DNA of 64,000 nt from contig JBBTYL010000003.1 of assembly GCA_038061795.1 (NCBI GenBank), positions 192,041 to 256,040 of the forward strand. The letters run 5' to 3'. The stretch is from Patescibacteria group bacterium. GTDB lineage: Bacteria; Patescibacteriota; Minisyncoccia; Phycocordibacterales; PALSA-1337. Of the stretch, positions 1 through 10,444 are shown one piece after another (within the stretch, counting starts at the first letter, position 1; every line of letters starts with the position of its first letter). The notes beneath the pieces are model-generated. The model searched no databases. It was not told the origin of the DNA and saw only the letters and a program-made list of their open reading frames with translations. The position numbers and the translations under genes were made by a program.

Positions 1-1
1 G

Positions 2-595
2 AGGAAGCATTTTGAAAAAAGAAAACTTTGAAACTATTTTTGCATATATGAAATACGGCACAACAAGCGGGGTCGCAACGAAATATTTTGTAAACCACCA
101 CGGAAATTTTGAAACAATCTTTCTGATTGGATCGACGATACAAACAATCACGGTATTACCTTCGCGTGCGTACACCCATGCATGAAATTTCCCACCTTTC
201 TTTGTATTTCTTATGAGCGACTCAAAACCTTTTGCAGGATCCTTAAGGTGATGAAGTACGCCAATAGAGTATGCAATATCAAAACCTTCGCTCCTGTATT
301 CGGTCAAATCAGCTTTTGTAATTTTCCAGTTCCTGAGTTGTGCAAGATTTTTTTGAGCTGAAAGCACAGAATCTCCGAGATCAACTCCCTCAAGATATGA
401 AGGATTCCAACCTGCCATATGAACCATTAGACTTCCATTCCCGCAGCCAAGCTCAAGCACTCTTTCGCCTTCAATATCAGTTTTCGTAAGTGGTGCGAAC
501 CAGTCTTCAAACTGTTCTTTCGTATAGACAGAGCCCTCGGGAAGATTATTCCAGGAAGTCGCAAAAGCGTCAGCGGTCTTGAGGTCTTTGGTCAT
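2..595 (-). CDS. class I SAM-dependent methyltransferase (C-terminus runs off the window)
   Basis: Not in the ORF track. Hand translation from the ATG at 595..593 gives MTKDLKTADAFATSWNNLPEG...GERVLELGCGNGSLMVHMAGW, containing the VLELGCG SAM-binding motif I. The frame stays open to position 2. Confidence 0.7.
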   Translation of the reverse strand, partial: MTKDLKTADAFATSWNNLPEGSVYTKEQFEDWFAPLTKTDIEGERVLELGCGNGSLMVHMAGWNPSYLEGVDLGDSVLSAQKNLAQLRNWKITKADLTEYRSEGFDIAYSIGVLHHLKDPAKGFESLIRNTKKGGKFHAWVYAREGNTVIVCIVDPIRKIVSKFPWWFTKYFVATPLVVPYFIYAKIVSKFSFFKMLP

Positions 596-602
596 GATGT
601 GG

Positions 603-2474
603 CTATTTTACCCATTTCCTCCACCACAAAGCAAATATGAGAAGAGTCCATATCTGTTTCCTATTGTCCTTCTTACCCGCCATATGTTCGCCCACAAGCC
701 AACTTACAAAATCCGAGTTAAAAAGATTCATCTCTTTCAAAGATTTTTCTCCGAGTACATCGAGTATGAGGGGTTTCAAGTCACCGCGAATCCATTCAGC
801 AATCGGCATGCCGAACCCTTTCTTTTTTCGATAGATGATGTCTTTCGGCAGTTTCCCTTCCATGAGCTTTTTCAAAATGTATTTCTTCTCAAGCCCCTTG
901 AATTTAAAATCAACAGGCATGTGGTTTGTAAGATCAACTACTCGCGTATCGAGAAACGGTGCACGAATCTCAAGAGAGTTGTACATGCTAGCACGATCAA
1001 CTTTCACCAAAATCTGATCCATCATATACAGCCTCTGATACTCATATCCGAGCTGGTCAAAATAATCCCTCGAGTCGCACTCGGCATGATATCTGTCTAC
1101 ATCATCAAATTCATTCTTGTTTTCAAGCGTTTTCCAAATTTCATTTTTTAAAAGCTTCTGGCGGTCCTCTCTATCAAAAGACCCAAGCCATCGCTGATTT
1201 CTGTATTTTTTCTCGCCATCAAAGCCTCCGACAAATTTCTTTATCTTAAAATCAAGACTCATGTTCGCATACGAGGTCGGCAAAGAAACTGCAATCTTCT
1301 GGATGAACTTTCTCAAAAAGTGAGGGATGATTTCGTAATACCCTGCAAGCTTGTGAGCAGTGAACGTATCATATCCGCAGAAAAGCTCATCGCCACCATC
1401 ACCACCAAGTGCGACTGTGACGTGCTCTTTGGTGAACTTTGAAAGCAAATATGTGGGAATGATAGACGCATCAGCCATTGGTTCATCGAGCATTTCAGCG
1501 ACTTTAGGAATGAGGCTCGAGGCATCTTTTGCGCTCAAAATTTTCTCATAGTGTTCGGTTCCAAGATGCTCCGCAACCTTGCGCGCATATACAGATTCGT
1601 CAAAAGACTTTTCTTCAAAGCCGATTGAAAACGTCTTTACTTTTGTTTTTGAATTCTTTGAAGCATAGTAGGCGATCAAACTGCTATCCAATCCACCCGA
1701 AAGAAAAATACCGAGTGGAACATCTGCGACAAGTCTCGTAGAAACTGCTTCATCGAGTCTGCGATCAAGTTCAGTGAGCGATTCAGTAAATGAAGCAGAT
1801 TTTGGCAAAAACGTCGGCTTCCAGAACTGCTTTTTCTGTGATGTCTTCCCATCCCAGACCAAGTACGTTCCAGCTTCAAGCTTATACGTATCTTTGAAGA
1901 TCGTATGCGGGGTCGGAATATTCTCGTACAAAAAATACTTATCCAAAGACTCAAGATTAATCTGCTTCTTGAATTTCGGATGCGCCATAAGTGCCTTGAG
2001 TTCAGAACCAAAAATGAATGCACCATCATGGACACCCCAGAACAACGGCTTCTTCCCCATTCTGTCTCGCCCGAGCACAAGCTTTTCTTTTTTAATATCG
2101 TAAATAGCCAAAGCAAACATTCCCTGAATCTTTTCAAAAACTTTCTCGCCAATCTCCTCATAAAGATGAATGATGATTTCTGTATCAGTCGAACTCTTGA
2201 AATCATGCATCTGTTTCAGCTCTTTCCTAAGTTCTTGGAAGTTATATATTTCACCGTTGAAAACAATCCAGACGCTACCATCTTCGTTCGACATTGGCTG
2301 ATGTCCTGCAGGGGAAAGATCAATGATAGAAAGCCGGCTTTGCGCGAGGCAAACATCTCCAGCAATGTTAATTCCCTTGTCATCTGGACCGCGATGCGAA
2401 AGCGAATCGATCATGGAATGAAGGATTTTTTCTTTTTCGCTTCCTTGTGACCAATATCCGGCTATTCCGCACAT
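603..2474 (-). CDS. asnB: asparagine synthase (glutamine-hydrolysing) / AsnB-type amidotransferase
   Basis: 623 aa. The N-terminal MCGIAGY provides the class II amidotransferase Cys nucleophile. FLSGGLDSSLIA is the PP-loop. Commonly found in glycan clusters. Confidence 0.9.
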   Translation of the reverse strand: MCGIAGYWSQGSEKEKILHSMIDSLSHRGPDDKGINIAGDVCLAQSRLSIIDLSPAGHQPMSNEDGSVWIVFNGEIYNFQELRKELKQMHDFKSSTDTEIIIHLYEEIGEKVFEKIQGMFALAIYDIKKEKLVLGRDRMGKKPLFWGVHDGAFIFGSELKALMAHPKFKKQINLESLDKYFLYENIPTPHTIFKDTYKLEAGTYLVWDGKTSQKKQFWKPTFLPKSASFTESLTELDRRLDEAVSTRLVADVPLGIFLSGGLDSSLIAYYASKNSKTKVKTFSIGFEEKSFDESVYARKVAEHLGTEHYEKILSAKDASSLIPKVAEMLDEPMADASIIPTYLLSKFTKEHVTVALGGDGGDELFCGYDTFTAHKLAGYYEIIPHFLRKFIQKIAVSLPTSYANMSLDFKIKKFVGGFDGEKKYRNQRWLGSFDREDRQKLLKNEIWKTLENKNEFDDVDRYHAECDSRDYFDQLGYEYQRLYMMDQILVKVDRASMYNSLEIRAPFLDTRVVDLTNHMPVDFKFKGLEKKYILKKLMEGKLPKDIIYRKKKGFGMPIAEWIRGDLKPLILDVLGEKSLKEMNLFNSDFVSWLVGEHMAGKKDNRKQIWTLLIFALWWRKWVK

Positions 2475-2475
2475 A

Positions 2476-3417
2476 TTATAAGTTTATAGTTTCTGCGATT
2501 CGATACGGGGTCTTGTTCTGAGATTCGTAGTACACGCGCATGAGTATTTCTGCAATGACACCCATAGCTATGAGCTGGACGCCGACAATAATGAAAAGTG
2601 CTGAGAAAATTGGCAGCGGCGTAGCGACGAAATCGCGGATAGAAAATAGTTTCAAAGCAATCGCAACCAAACCAGCAAGAGTTCCAAATCCGAAAGAAAC
2701 GAAACCGATTGCACCAAAGAAATGCATCGGTTTGTTCATATACTTAGAAAGGAACTTCACAACGACAAGATCAAGCAACACCTTGAATGTTCTTGAGATT
2801 CCGTATTTTGTTGTACCGTGAATTCGCGCGCGGTGATTTACGATAATTTCTGTAACTTTACCTCCATGCCACCCTGCATATGCTGGGATGAAGCGATGCA
2901 TTTCACCATACAGTTTAATGTCCTGGATAAGCTCTCTCCTGTATGCCTTCATTGAACAACCATAGTCGTGGACATACACCTTCGTGATATGGCGAATGAC
3001 CCAGTTTGCGATTTTTGATGGAAGCTTTCTGCTGATAGCAAAATCCTGTCGTGACTTTCTCCATCCAGAGACGACATCGAAACCTTCCTGAATCTTGTCG
3101 ACAAAACGAGGAATGTCTTTTGGATCATTCTGGAGATCAGAATCCATTGGAATGATAATATCGCCAGTAGCCGCATGAATTCCTGCTGACATCGCAGCAG
3201 TCTGCCCTGAATTGTATTTAAAGTTGATGACCTTGAGCTTCGTATCCTTTGCAGCAAGTTCCTTGAGCTTTGCGAGGCTTCCGTCTTTTGAACCATCATT
3301 CACACAAAGGATTTCATACTCATATGAAAGAGGCTTGAATGTTTCTATGATTTCCTTATAAAGAATTTCGATATTTTTCTCTTCGTTATAAATCGGCAGG
3401 ACAATTGAGATTTTCAT
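2476..3417 (-). CDS. GT2 polyprenol-phosphate glycosyltransferase (GtrB/ArnC/DPM1-like)
   Basis: 313 aa. GT-A N-terminus ISIVLPIYNEE...NDGSKDGS...PMDSDLQNDP, plus two C-terminal TM helices. Confidence 0.8.
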   Translation of the reverse strand: MKISIVLPIYNEEKNIEILYKEIIETFKPLSYEYEILCVNDGSKDGSLAKLKELAAKDTKLKVINFKYNSGQTAAMSAGIHAATGDIIIPMDSDLQNDPKDIPRFVDKIQEGFDVVSGWRKSRQDFAISRKLPSKIANWVIRHITKVYVHDYGCSMKAYRRELIQDIKLYGEMHRFIPAYAGWHGGKVTEIIVNHRARIHGTTKYGISRTFKVLLDLVVVKFLSKYMNKPMHFFGAIGFVSFGFGTLAGLVAIALKLFSIRDFVATPLPIFSALFIIVGVQLIAMGVIAEILMRVYYESQNKTPYRIAETINL

Positions 3418-3427
3418 GATGGTGAGA

Positions 3428-4474
3428 CTATATCACACTCTTGAGGAAGATTGCCAGATGCTTCGCGAACGTGTCAGGGTCGAGCTTTTGGAGGGCGAAT
3501 TCTCGCGCTTTTTGGCCCATATCCCTTCTTTTTGTATCGTTCTTAAGCAAATAAACAATCGCATTCCTCATTTCAGTTACATCTTCTTTTTTTACAAAAA
3601 TGCCATTAATTCCATCGTAAATATACGACTTCATACTTTTTGTGTGTGTCACTATAGTCGCCTTCCCCATAGACATCGCTTCACCAAGCGACAGGGTCCC
3701 AACTGAATCAAAATATGAGTCATCAGTACATAGACTGACAACGACAATTTTTGACTCTGCATACGCACGAACAATTTCATTTTGCGTTAGCTGAGTAGAT
3801 TTTACATATGGAGGCAGCTTAGCAGCTTTTTCTTTTGAAAATTTTCCGACAATTAGCAAATTGACATCTATTTCCTCAATAGCCTTTATTACAGTATCGA
3901 AATCGCGTCCATAGTTGCCCACAGTAACAATCTGATTACTTTCCTTGATGTTCATTGGGGCAAAAAATTTCGTATCAGTCGTCTCGTGCAAAAAAATAAT
4001 CCTGTCTTTCAAGTTGGGAAAATGGAGCTTGAGTGCATCGGCTTCAGCCTGAGAAATCGCGACAATCCCATCCGCGCCCTTTCTAACTGCCCAGTCAAAA
4101 ATCTTCTGCTTAACAGTTGTTCGTTTTTGAAGCGTACCAAGAAGATTAAAATCAAGAATCACCCATTTAAAACTTTTGATATTGAAAAGTGCTTTTAAAA
4201 CCAGCGAGCCATATGCAGTCGAAGTAAACACAACATCGTATCTGAAAAAAAATGGAAAAAGCGGGATGTGCGCATAATGCATGGTGAGAATGTACCTTCG
4301 AAGAAACCCTGCGAACTTTCTAGGAATATACTTTTCAATTTCCAGAGAATCAGTATCAATGCCGAATTTTCTGAGGCGCAACATACCGAAAAGCCAGCTA
4401 TCGTGTCCATTTCCCTTCTCTATTTCTTGAATAGCAGACCCCATGACTTTGTTGAACAAACACAAGACCTTCAT
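3428..4474 (-). CDS. GT-B fold glycosyltransferase (GT4-like)
   Basis: 348 aa. The C-terminal half has the GT4-type segment TLSLGEAMSMGKATIVTHT...GINGIFV. Confidence 0.6.
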   Translation of the reverse strand: MKVLCLFNKVMGSAIQEIEKGNGHDSWLFGMLRLRKFGIDTDSLEIEKYIPRKFAGFLRRYILTMHYAHIPLFPFFFRYDVVFTSTAYGSLVLKALFNIKSFKWVILDFNLLGTLQKRTTVKQKIFDWAVRKGADGIVAISQAEADALKLHFPNLKDRIIFLHETTDTKFFAPMNIKESNQIVTVGNYGRDFDTVIKAIEEIDVNLLIVGKFSKEKAAKLPPYVKSTQLTQNEIVRAYAESKIVVVSLCTDDSYFDSVGTLSLGEAMSMGKATIVTHTKSMKSYIYDGINGIFVKKEDVTEMRNAIVYLLKNDTKRRDMGQKAREFALQKLDPDTFAKHLAIFLKSVI

Positions 4475-5604
4475 ACGATATTATTTATGGTGACATGATT
4501 TGAGATCTTTTCCTCAACATACGCCTTTGCTCTTACGAGCATAGCTGGATCGAGACGGGCGTTTTTAATAATTTCATTAAAACCTTCCTGATCTTTGGCT
4601 TCTTCCCAAATCCTTCCCCTATCGCCATCCTTGCCAATTGTCTCAACGATACCATCAGCAATACTGCCCACTATTGGGACCTGCGCATACATTGCTTCCC
4701 AAAAAACCACCCCAAGCGCTTCAACTTTTGAAAGAAGTACAAAAACATCTGCGTCTGCATAAAAATTCCATATCTCATCTCTGTGAACGAAGCCCGCAAA
4801 AATAACTCTTTTTTCAATTCCAAGATCTCTGCATTTTGCCTTAAGTTCTTCAAAAAGACTTCCGCTACCGAGTGCGATGAGCGTATATCCATCTCCTAGC
4901 CCAGAGAACAACTCAAGCAATCTGTGATAATTCTTTTCAGCTTCCAAACGCGCGACAGTAAGCAATATCTTATTATTCTCAGGAATCGAATATTTCTTTC
5001 TTATGATTCCTTTTTGCGCTTGAGCAATGAAGTCTTTATCTCTATCAATCGTATTCATAGAAAAAACAGTTATCTTTGATTTATCAACACCAAGAGTCAT
5101 AAGATAGCTTCTCATCGTCTCGTTAATCGTAAAAAAATGATCTGGGAGCCTGTAAAAAAGCTTCTCTATAATCCATGAGTAGATCGACTTGATTGATCCA
5201 AACCTTCTTGTTTTTGAATACATCCTCGGCTGATTGTTCAGACACATTATGAATTTTCCGCCAAAGAGCTTTTTCAAAACCCAGAGCGTCGGCGCAAATC
5301 CAAAGTCATAGCAGGTCCAAACATCATTCTTTATCTTATTCTTCCACACATGATAAATAACAACAGGAAAAGTCCAGACATCAAGCAATGGTCTGAAATA
5401 ATCAAGCTTGGTTTTCCTATGAATAGAAGAAAAACGTGAATCTTTTTTTTGAAAATACGAAGTTCTGGCCCAAGAAAATATGTAGAAAGAATTTATATCT
5501 CCGCCAAGGCGATCCCTATAGAGCTTGTCTTTAAGAACGATAAAAGAATCTCTGAACATATCCTTCCAATCACAATTGAGCAGAAATACAGAAAGTGGCT
5601 TCAT
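4471..5604 (-). CDS. GT4 family glycosyltransferase
   Basis: 377 aa. Contains VEALGVVFWEAMYAQVPIVGS, typical of GT4 enzymes. Start and stop overlap the neighbouring genes. Confidence 0.7.
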   Translation of the reverse strand: MKPLSVFLLNCDWKDMFRDSFIVLKDKLYRDRLGGDINSFYIFSWARTSYFQKKDSRFSSIHRKTKLDYFRPLLDVWTFPVVIYHVWKNKIKNDVWTCYDFGFAPTLWVLKKLFGGKFIMCLNNQPRMYSKTRRFGSIKSIYSWIIEKLFYRLPDHFFTINETMRSYLMTLGVDKSKITVFSMNTIDRDKDFIAQAQKGIIRKKYSIPENNKILLTVARLEAEKNYHRLLELFSGLGDGYTLIALGSGSLFEELKAKCRDLGIEKRVIFAGFVHRDEIWNFYADADVFVLLSKVEALGVVFWEAMYAQVPIVGSIADGIVETIGKDGDRGRIWEEAKDQEGFNEIIKNARLDPAMLVRAKAYVEEKISNHVTINNIV

Positions 5605-6260
5605 TATTTTTTTTGATTAAGCGGTTGCCGCGCGACAAAGCAGAGATCAAAAGCAAATAGCTGCGGAGAAATTCTGGCGATTTTACCTAACCTTCCCATG
5701 CCAACAATCTCAACTTCACTAAAATGTTTTCTCAACATTGACTTAAGTTCTTTTGATGAAAATTGATTGATATGAGTCGGGTCTGACATCGGTGTATTTT
5801 TCTTTATAGCAAAAAGATATTTTAAGCGATTCTTGAGGCTGAAAGCATTTGGAACTGATCCAACAAAAACACCATCTGCTGTTAGAATTTCAGCGACCTT
5901 GCCCATAATTTTCTGCGGGTAATAGACATGCTCAAGAAATTCTCCAGCGACGGCAGCATCAAATTTTTTTCCATTCAAAGCGCTCCAGTCAGACTGTATA
6001 TCAAATGAAAATGTTTCAATTCCGAGAGATTCCGATGCTCTCGCTAGGCTAACTTCATCTATATCAACGCCTGTCACCTTATTGCCTTTAACAAAAAAAG
6101 ATGTCAGCGCACCGTCTCTACAGCCCAAATCAAGAATGCTTTTACCGGTACCCAATGATTCTGAGAAAAACGCACCCCTATCAGATTTCATTATACTGAA
6201 TCCTGCTCTGCGGGCGGTTCCGTGATGCTCTTCGTATATTTTTCTAAGTGATTCTGACAT
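5604..6260 (-). CDS. class I SAM-dependent methyltransferase
   Basis: 218 aa. Motif I ILDLGCRDGALT and post-I/II AGEFLEHV. Confidence 0.75.
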   Translation of the reverse strand: MSESLRKIYEEHHGTARRAGFSIMKSDRGAFFSESLGTGKSILDLGCRDGALTSFFVKGNKVTGVDIDEVSLARASESLGIETFSFDIQSDWSALNGKKFDAAVAGEFLEHVYYPQKIMGKVAEILTADGVFVGSVPNAFSLKNRLKYLFAIKKNTPMSDPTHINQFSSKELKSMLRKHFSEVEIVGMGRLGKIARISPQLFAFDLCFVARQPLNQKK

Positions 6261-6270
6261 TTACACTATA

Positions 6271-7281
6271 TTACGCAATTGCCTCTGATAATTCAACTGC
6301 TAACTTGCTCAAGCTATGCTGCCGGGCGAACGCTTGGAGCTTCTCTGACGCCTCCACCCTTTCTGTCGGAGAATACTTCAAAAGTATTTTGAGCTTCGCG
6401 GCGAGCTCATCGACAGAGCGATCAGCGAAAATGAAATCATCCGGTATTTTTCCTCGCAGATTTTCATTTGATGCGAGAATGATGCAACCGCACGACATCG
6501 CCTCGAAAATCGTCTTGTCGTACATCCCGCTCGAAGAAAGATTCACAAAAATATCGTGCGCTTGGTAGACTTTTACTGTTTCAATATTCGGAATGCCTTT
6601 ATGGAAAGAAATATTCTTGCCAGCTTTTTCTTTAAGCTTTTCAAAATATCCGACATCCTTTGGCAAAGCATCTCCATAGATATTGACGTTTATGCTCGGC
6701 GAATCAATCTTTCCCACAGCATCAACAAGCACGTCAATATTTTTTGATGAAGAAATTCTTCCAAGCGAAAGAATGCTTTGCGACGTCCTCGCGCTTTCTG
6801 CATGCGGCTTGAAATTATCAATATCAACTCCGACAGGCATGAATACGGTCTTCTTGTATTTTGCTGTAAATGAAAATCGGGACGTGCAAAAAACCTTTGT
6901 GCAAAAAGCTGCTGCAATGTCAGTAAGAAAAGACCCAGCATGATGGTTCCTCCACATGAACATTTCTTTTCCTAATATTTTCCAGAGCATACCGCCGAGA
7001 AGAATGTACTCCTGATTCATATGCACAAAAACCTTGTCATAGTTCTTTCGTTCGCTCCAGACATAACGAAAAAATCTCACGACATATTTCAATCTTGACT
7101 CACCCTCCTCTTTTCCAAGAGAAAGTACACGTACGTTTTCAGGTAATCGAGCCTCGCCTTTGTAGAGACAAATCACAACAACGCTTTCGCAATGCTTTGA
7201 AAATTCAGCAATCCATCGATGAAAAAAACCGAGTATCGGATCATTGACGTCGACTTTTTGTGTAAAGATAAGAAGTTTCAT
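6271..7281 (-). CDS. GT-B fold glycosyltransferase
   Basis: 336 aa. C-terminal IFVNLSSSGMYDKTIFEAMSCGCIILAS resembles the GT4 nucleotide-sugar binding region. Confidence 0.6.
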   Translation of the reverse strand: MKLLIFTQKVDVNDPILGFFHRWIAEFSKHCESVVVICLYKGEARLPENVRVLSLGKEEGESRLKYVVRFFRYVWSERKNYDKVFVHMNQEYILLGGMLWKILGKEMFMWRNHHAGSFLTDIAAAFCTKVFCTSRFSFTAKYKKTVFMPVGVDIDNFKPHAESARTSQSILSLGRISSSKNIDVLVDAVGKIDSPSINVNIYGDALPKDVGYFEKLKEKAGKNISFHKGIPNIETVKVYQAHDIFVNLSSSGMYDKTIFEAMSCGCIILASNENLRGKIPDDFIFADRSVDELAAKLKILLKYSPTERVEASEKLQAFARQHSLSKLAVELSEAIA

Positions 7282-8357
7282 TTTAGAGCTTCAACTATTT
7301 TTTCAGAAATGCTTTGTGCAGTATGTTCGGCAATGTGTGCACCGACATCTCGAACAATACCGACATCCGTAGAAATGATTCTGCATCCAGCAGTTTGCGC
7401 CTCTTTCAAGACCATTCCGTACCCCTCAAACCATGAGGTCAGCAGAAACACATCACAGCCCTTATAGTATGGCACAAGATCAGTTTGCCAGCCCACAAAT
7501 GCCACCGAAGCCTCTATTTTGAGGCTGTACGCAAGCTTCTTCAGCTGAGGCAACCATGAGCCCGAACCGACGATAACCACCCCCAAACCAGGTATTTGAG
7601 CCTGGGCGATTTTCACCGCTTCGAGCGCCATCGGGATGTTTTTCTCTGTTTCAAGACGAGATACCATGAGAAGTATTTTTTTAAACTGAGGATATTTTTC
7701 GTGAAGATTAAAAGCAGGAGCATTCTGCTGGAACGCCGTGAGATTCACATCAATTGGCTTGATGAGTATTTTTTCAGCATTGATTCCTTTCTCGACGAGA
7801 GACTCAGCAATCTTCTGTGAGACGACACGGACCACATCAGCCTGCGGCAATGTTCGCTTCGAAAGCATGACGCGAATCCTGTTCAAGACTGCATTCTTGA
7901 GCCCGATTCGGTTATCCGTAAAGTACGGACTGAAAAGGTCAGTGTGTATCTGCAAAAGCAATTCGGAGTCCTTTCTCCAATGCGTGAGGCACTTACCCGC
8001 AAGTCCAGTCTCAAAAGGATCTTGGCACGAAATTAAAACCGGAGCCTGCTTGTCTATTTTTTTCAAAATCTTCTTGCCAACTCTAAAAGCGCCAGTGACA
8101 TAGCCGAGCTTTGAAAAAGAATCTGTCGAATACAAAAAGCACTTTTCTGAAAGCTGCTGTTTCTGGAATCTTTTCAAAGAAAAAACGATGATATGCAGTT
8201 CTTTATAGAGCTTTGAGTGCTCGAGCATCCTAGCCCAGGCAGGACTTTTTTCGAGAAAAATAGAACGATCAGTCGAAATCATGACCGCAACATGTTTTGA
8301 ATAGTCCTTATACTCACTTTTAAAGTTTCTCATAGAGGTCAATAAATTCCTGAGCAA
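7278..8357 (-). CDS. GT4 family glycosyltransferase
   Basis: 359 aa. Contains FLLTSWFEGYGMVLKEAQTAGCRIISTDVG. The true start may be internal, because the ORF overlaps the upstream gene by 38 nt. Confidence 0.7.
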   Translation of the reverse strand: MLRNLLTSMRNFKSEYKDYSKHVAVMISTDRSIFLEKSPAWARMLEHSKLYKELHIIVFSLKRFQKQQLSEKCFLYSTDSFSKLGYVTGAFRVGKKILKKIDKQAPVLISCQDPFETGLAGKCLTHWRKDSELLLQIHTDLFSPYFTDNRIGLKNAVLNRIRVMLSKRTLPQADVVRVVSQKIAESLVEKGINAEKILIKPIDVNLTAFQQNAPAFNLHEKYPQFKKILLMVSRLETEKNIPMALEAVKIAQAQIPGLGVVIVGSGSWLPQLKKLAYSLKIEASVAFVGWQTDLVPYYKGCDVFLLTSWFEGYGMVLKEAQTAGCRIISTDVGIVRDVGAHIAEHTAQSISEKIVEALK

Positions 8358-9339
8358 TCTGCTCCCAGGTATGGACCCACGTGAATTGTTTAACTTTCTC
8401 TGCCTGAAGTGCGCGATTCTTTGGATCAGAAATCCAGACTATTTTTTCTGTGATATCCTTCTCGTCTTTTGGATCTACAAAAATTGCACAGTCCCTTACC
8501 CTATCAGCAATTCCTGTTTCTTTCGTAAGAATAAATGGGGTTCCTACTCGAATTGCATCGAGAATCATATTCGGACTGATGTCACCGAGCGATGTCAAAA
8601 TAACTGCGTATGATCGACGCATTCGCTCCTGGAAATTATCATAGACTGCTTTTGTCGTATCAAATTCGATTTCTTCAAAGCCCTTGGTTTTTACTTCTTC
8701 TTGAGCAACCTTAAATGCTCTCTTGAGTGCATCGATATTTTTCCATTTGAGCTCGCGCGTTGCCGCTACGAATACGCGACCTTCTGACTCTCTCGATTCT
8801 TCTCGAACTCCGCAGAAGTTCTCGACAATCCTGCTTTTTGAACCATCAAGCTTATATGCCTTTTCAAAAATATTCTTCTGCCACTGTGTACTGTAGATGA
8901 CAAGTGCAGCCTTTCTCAAAGTATCCCCGCCAAGCTTGTAGATGAGCTTTTCTTTTTTTGAAAGCTTAGCCATCGAAGTATCGTAAAAATCCTTAAGGAG
9001 TACGAGATCACCCGTTCGCTCAGTATAGCTTTCCCAAAGGAAATCGCCGCCAGTCCTGATGATGTATTTCTTTCTCATCAAAGCGCACGCATACATCGTA
9101 GGAACTGCCGCGCTCCATGTATCGAGTACGATTATAAGATCAGCATTCCATCCCTTTCTGAAAATTTTTAAAAAGAAAAGTATATGGCGGACAAACGTAG
9201 GAAATGCCCTTTCCCATCGGTAGGCTGCAACTTTTACATCATGACCCTGCTTCTTCCATGTCTCGTAGAGATTGCGGGCGTATTGCGCTGGTCCGCCGAT
9301 ATCTGGAGGATATATCCCTGTGGAAATGAGTATTTTCAT
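8320..9339 (-). CDS. GT-B fold glycosyltransferase
   Basis: 339 aa. The N-terminus MKILISTGIYPPDIGGPAQY is typical of GT4/WcaI-like enzymes. Confidence 0.55.
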   Translation of the reverse strand: MKILISTGIYPPDIGGPAQYARNLYETWKKQGHDVKVAAYRWERAFPTFVRHILFFLKIFRKGWNADLIIVLDTWSAAVPTMYACALMRKKYIIRTGGDFLWESYTERTGDLVLLKDFYDTSMAKLSKKEKLIYKLGGDTLRKAALVIYSTQWQKNIFEKAYKLDGSKSRIVENFCGVREESRESEGRVFVAATRELKWKNIDALKRAFKVAQEEVKTKGFEEIEFDTTKAVYDNFQERMRRSYAVILTSLGDISPNMILDAIRVGTPFILTKETGIADRVRDCAIFVDPKDEKDITEKIVWISDPKNRALQAEKVKQFTWVHTWEQIAQEFIDLYEKL

Positions 9340-9361
9340 ATTTTAAAATAATTGAAACTTC

Positions 9362-10312
9362 TTACTTCACCTTTTTATGTATCTTATCCTTATACCAATC
9401 CACTTGCCTTTTAAGTCCCTCTTCGAGTTTTACTTTTGGCTTGTACTTGAGCACGCTCTTAATTTTTTTAATATTAGCGGATGTTTCGAGCTGATCACCG
9501 TGTCGCTTCGGAAGGAGTTTGATCTTGGCTTTTTTATTCATGATCTTCTCAACAAACTTCAATCCCTCTCCAGTCGTATTCGTCCTATCGCTGCCAAGAT
9601 TAAAAATCTCGCCCTTTACTTTTTCCAAATTCTCGAGTGCAAGGATGCATCCATCAATTATATCACTAATGTAGGTATAGCTACGAACATGGTCATGACT
9701 GCCCTCGTACATAGTTATTTCATCATCGTTATGCATCGCCTTTATGAGCTTGTGCCAAAACTTTTCTGGTCGTTCTCGTTCTCCATAGACAGAAAAGAAT
9801 CTAAGAACTGAAACTGGAAGTCCTATTTGACGATGATATGAAAGAGCGAGCTGTTCTGCGGCAAGCTTAGTAACGCCATAATTTGAAGTCGGCTTTGTTT
9901 CAGTGGTCTCATCTCCATAGGCATGTGATCCGTAGACTGAAGAAGTTGAAGCATGAAAGAACATTTTGAGCTTTTTATTATTTTTTACCGCCTCAAGCAA
10001 CTTCTGAGTTGCCACAATATTATTCTTTACGTATTCCTGAAATGGAGTCGAGGCAGAAATACCCGGCTGTGCCGCGAGATGAAAAACAACATCCATATCT
10101 TTCACAAGCTTTTCAATATTATCTTCAGCGAGGTCCTTTTTATGGAATTTAACGCCTTTCTTGCGGATATCATTAACAGTAATTTTCTTTATTTCAGGAG
10201 AATAATAGTTGGTCAGTGAATCAATACCAACAACCTCATGCCCGAGATCAGCAAGTCGTTCTGCAAGGTGAGAACCTATAGCTCCAGCCGCTCCTGTAAC
10301 GATGATTTTCAT
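9362..10312 (-). CDS. NAD-dependent sugar-nucleotide epimerase/dehydratase (extended SDR)
   Basis: 316 aa. Rossmann motif TGAAGAIGSHL and catalytic YGVTK (YxxxK). Confidence 0.85.
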   Translation of the reverse strand: MKIIVTGAAGAIGSHLAERLADLGHEVVGIDSLTNYYSPEIKKITVNDIRKKGVKFHKKDLAEDNIEKLVKDMDVVFHLAAQPGISASTPFQEYVKNNIVATQKLLEAVKNNKKLKMFFHASTSSVYGSHAYGDETTETKPTSNYGVTKLAAEQLALSYHRQIGLPVSVLRFFSVYGERERPEKFWHKLIKAMHNDDEITMYEGSHDHVRSYTYISDIIDGCILALENLEKVKGEIFNLGSDRTNTTGEGLKFVEKIMNKKAKIKLLPKRHGDQLETSANIKKIKSVLKYKPKVKLEEGLKRQVDWYKDKIHKKVK

Positions 10313-10374
10313 TCAGAAAATTGTATATTATTTTGGAAAAAAGTCAATTATTAAGCCAGATTTTGTATAAAAAA

Positions 10375-10419
10375 GCTCCTCTACCCGCTTGCACCGAAGT
10401 GCTTGCAAAGTAGAGGAAC
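10375..10419 (-). terminator. GC-rich imperfect hairpin followed by a T-run, downstream of the GC-rich orphan gene
   Basis: Minus-sense sequence is CCTCTAC..GCAC-TTCG-GTGC..GTAGAGG followed by AGCTTTTTT. Confidence 0.5.
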
Positions 10420-10444
10420 CGTGAATTGAAGAGCTGATTGATTA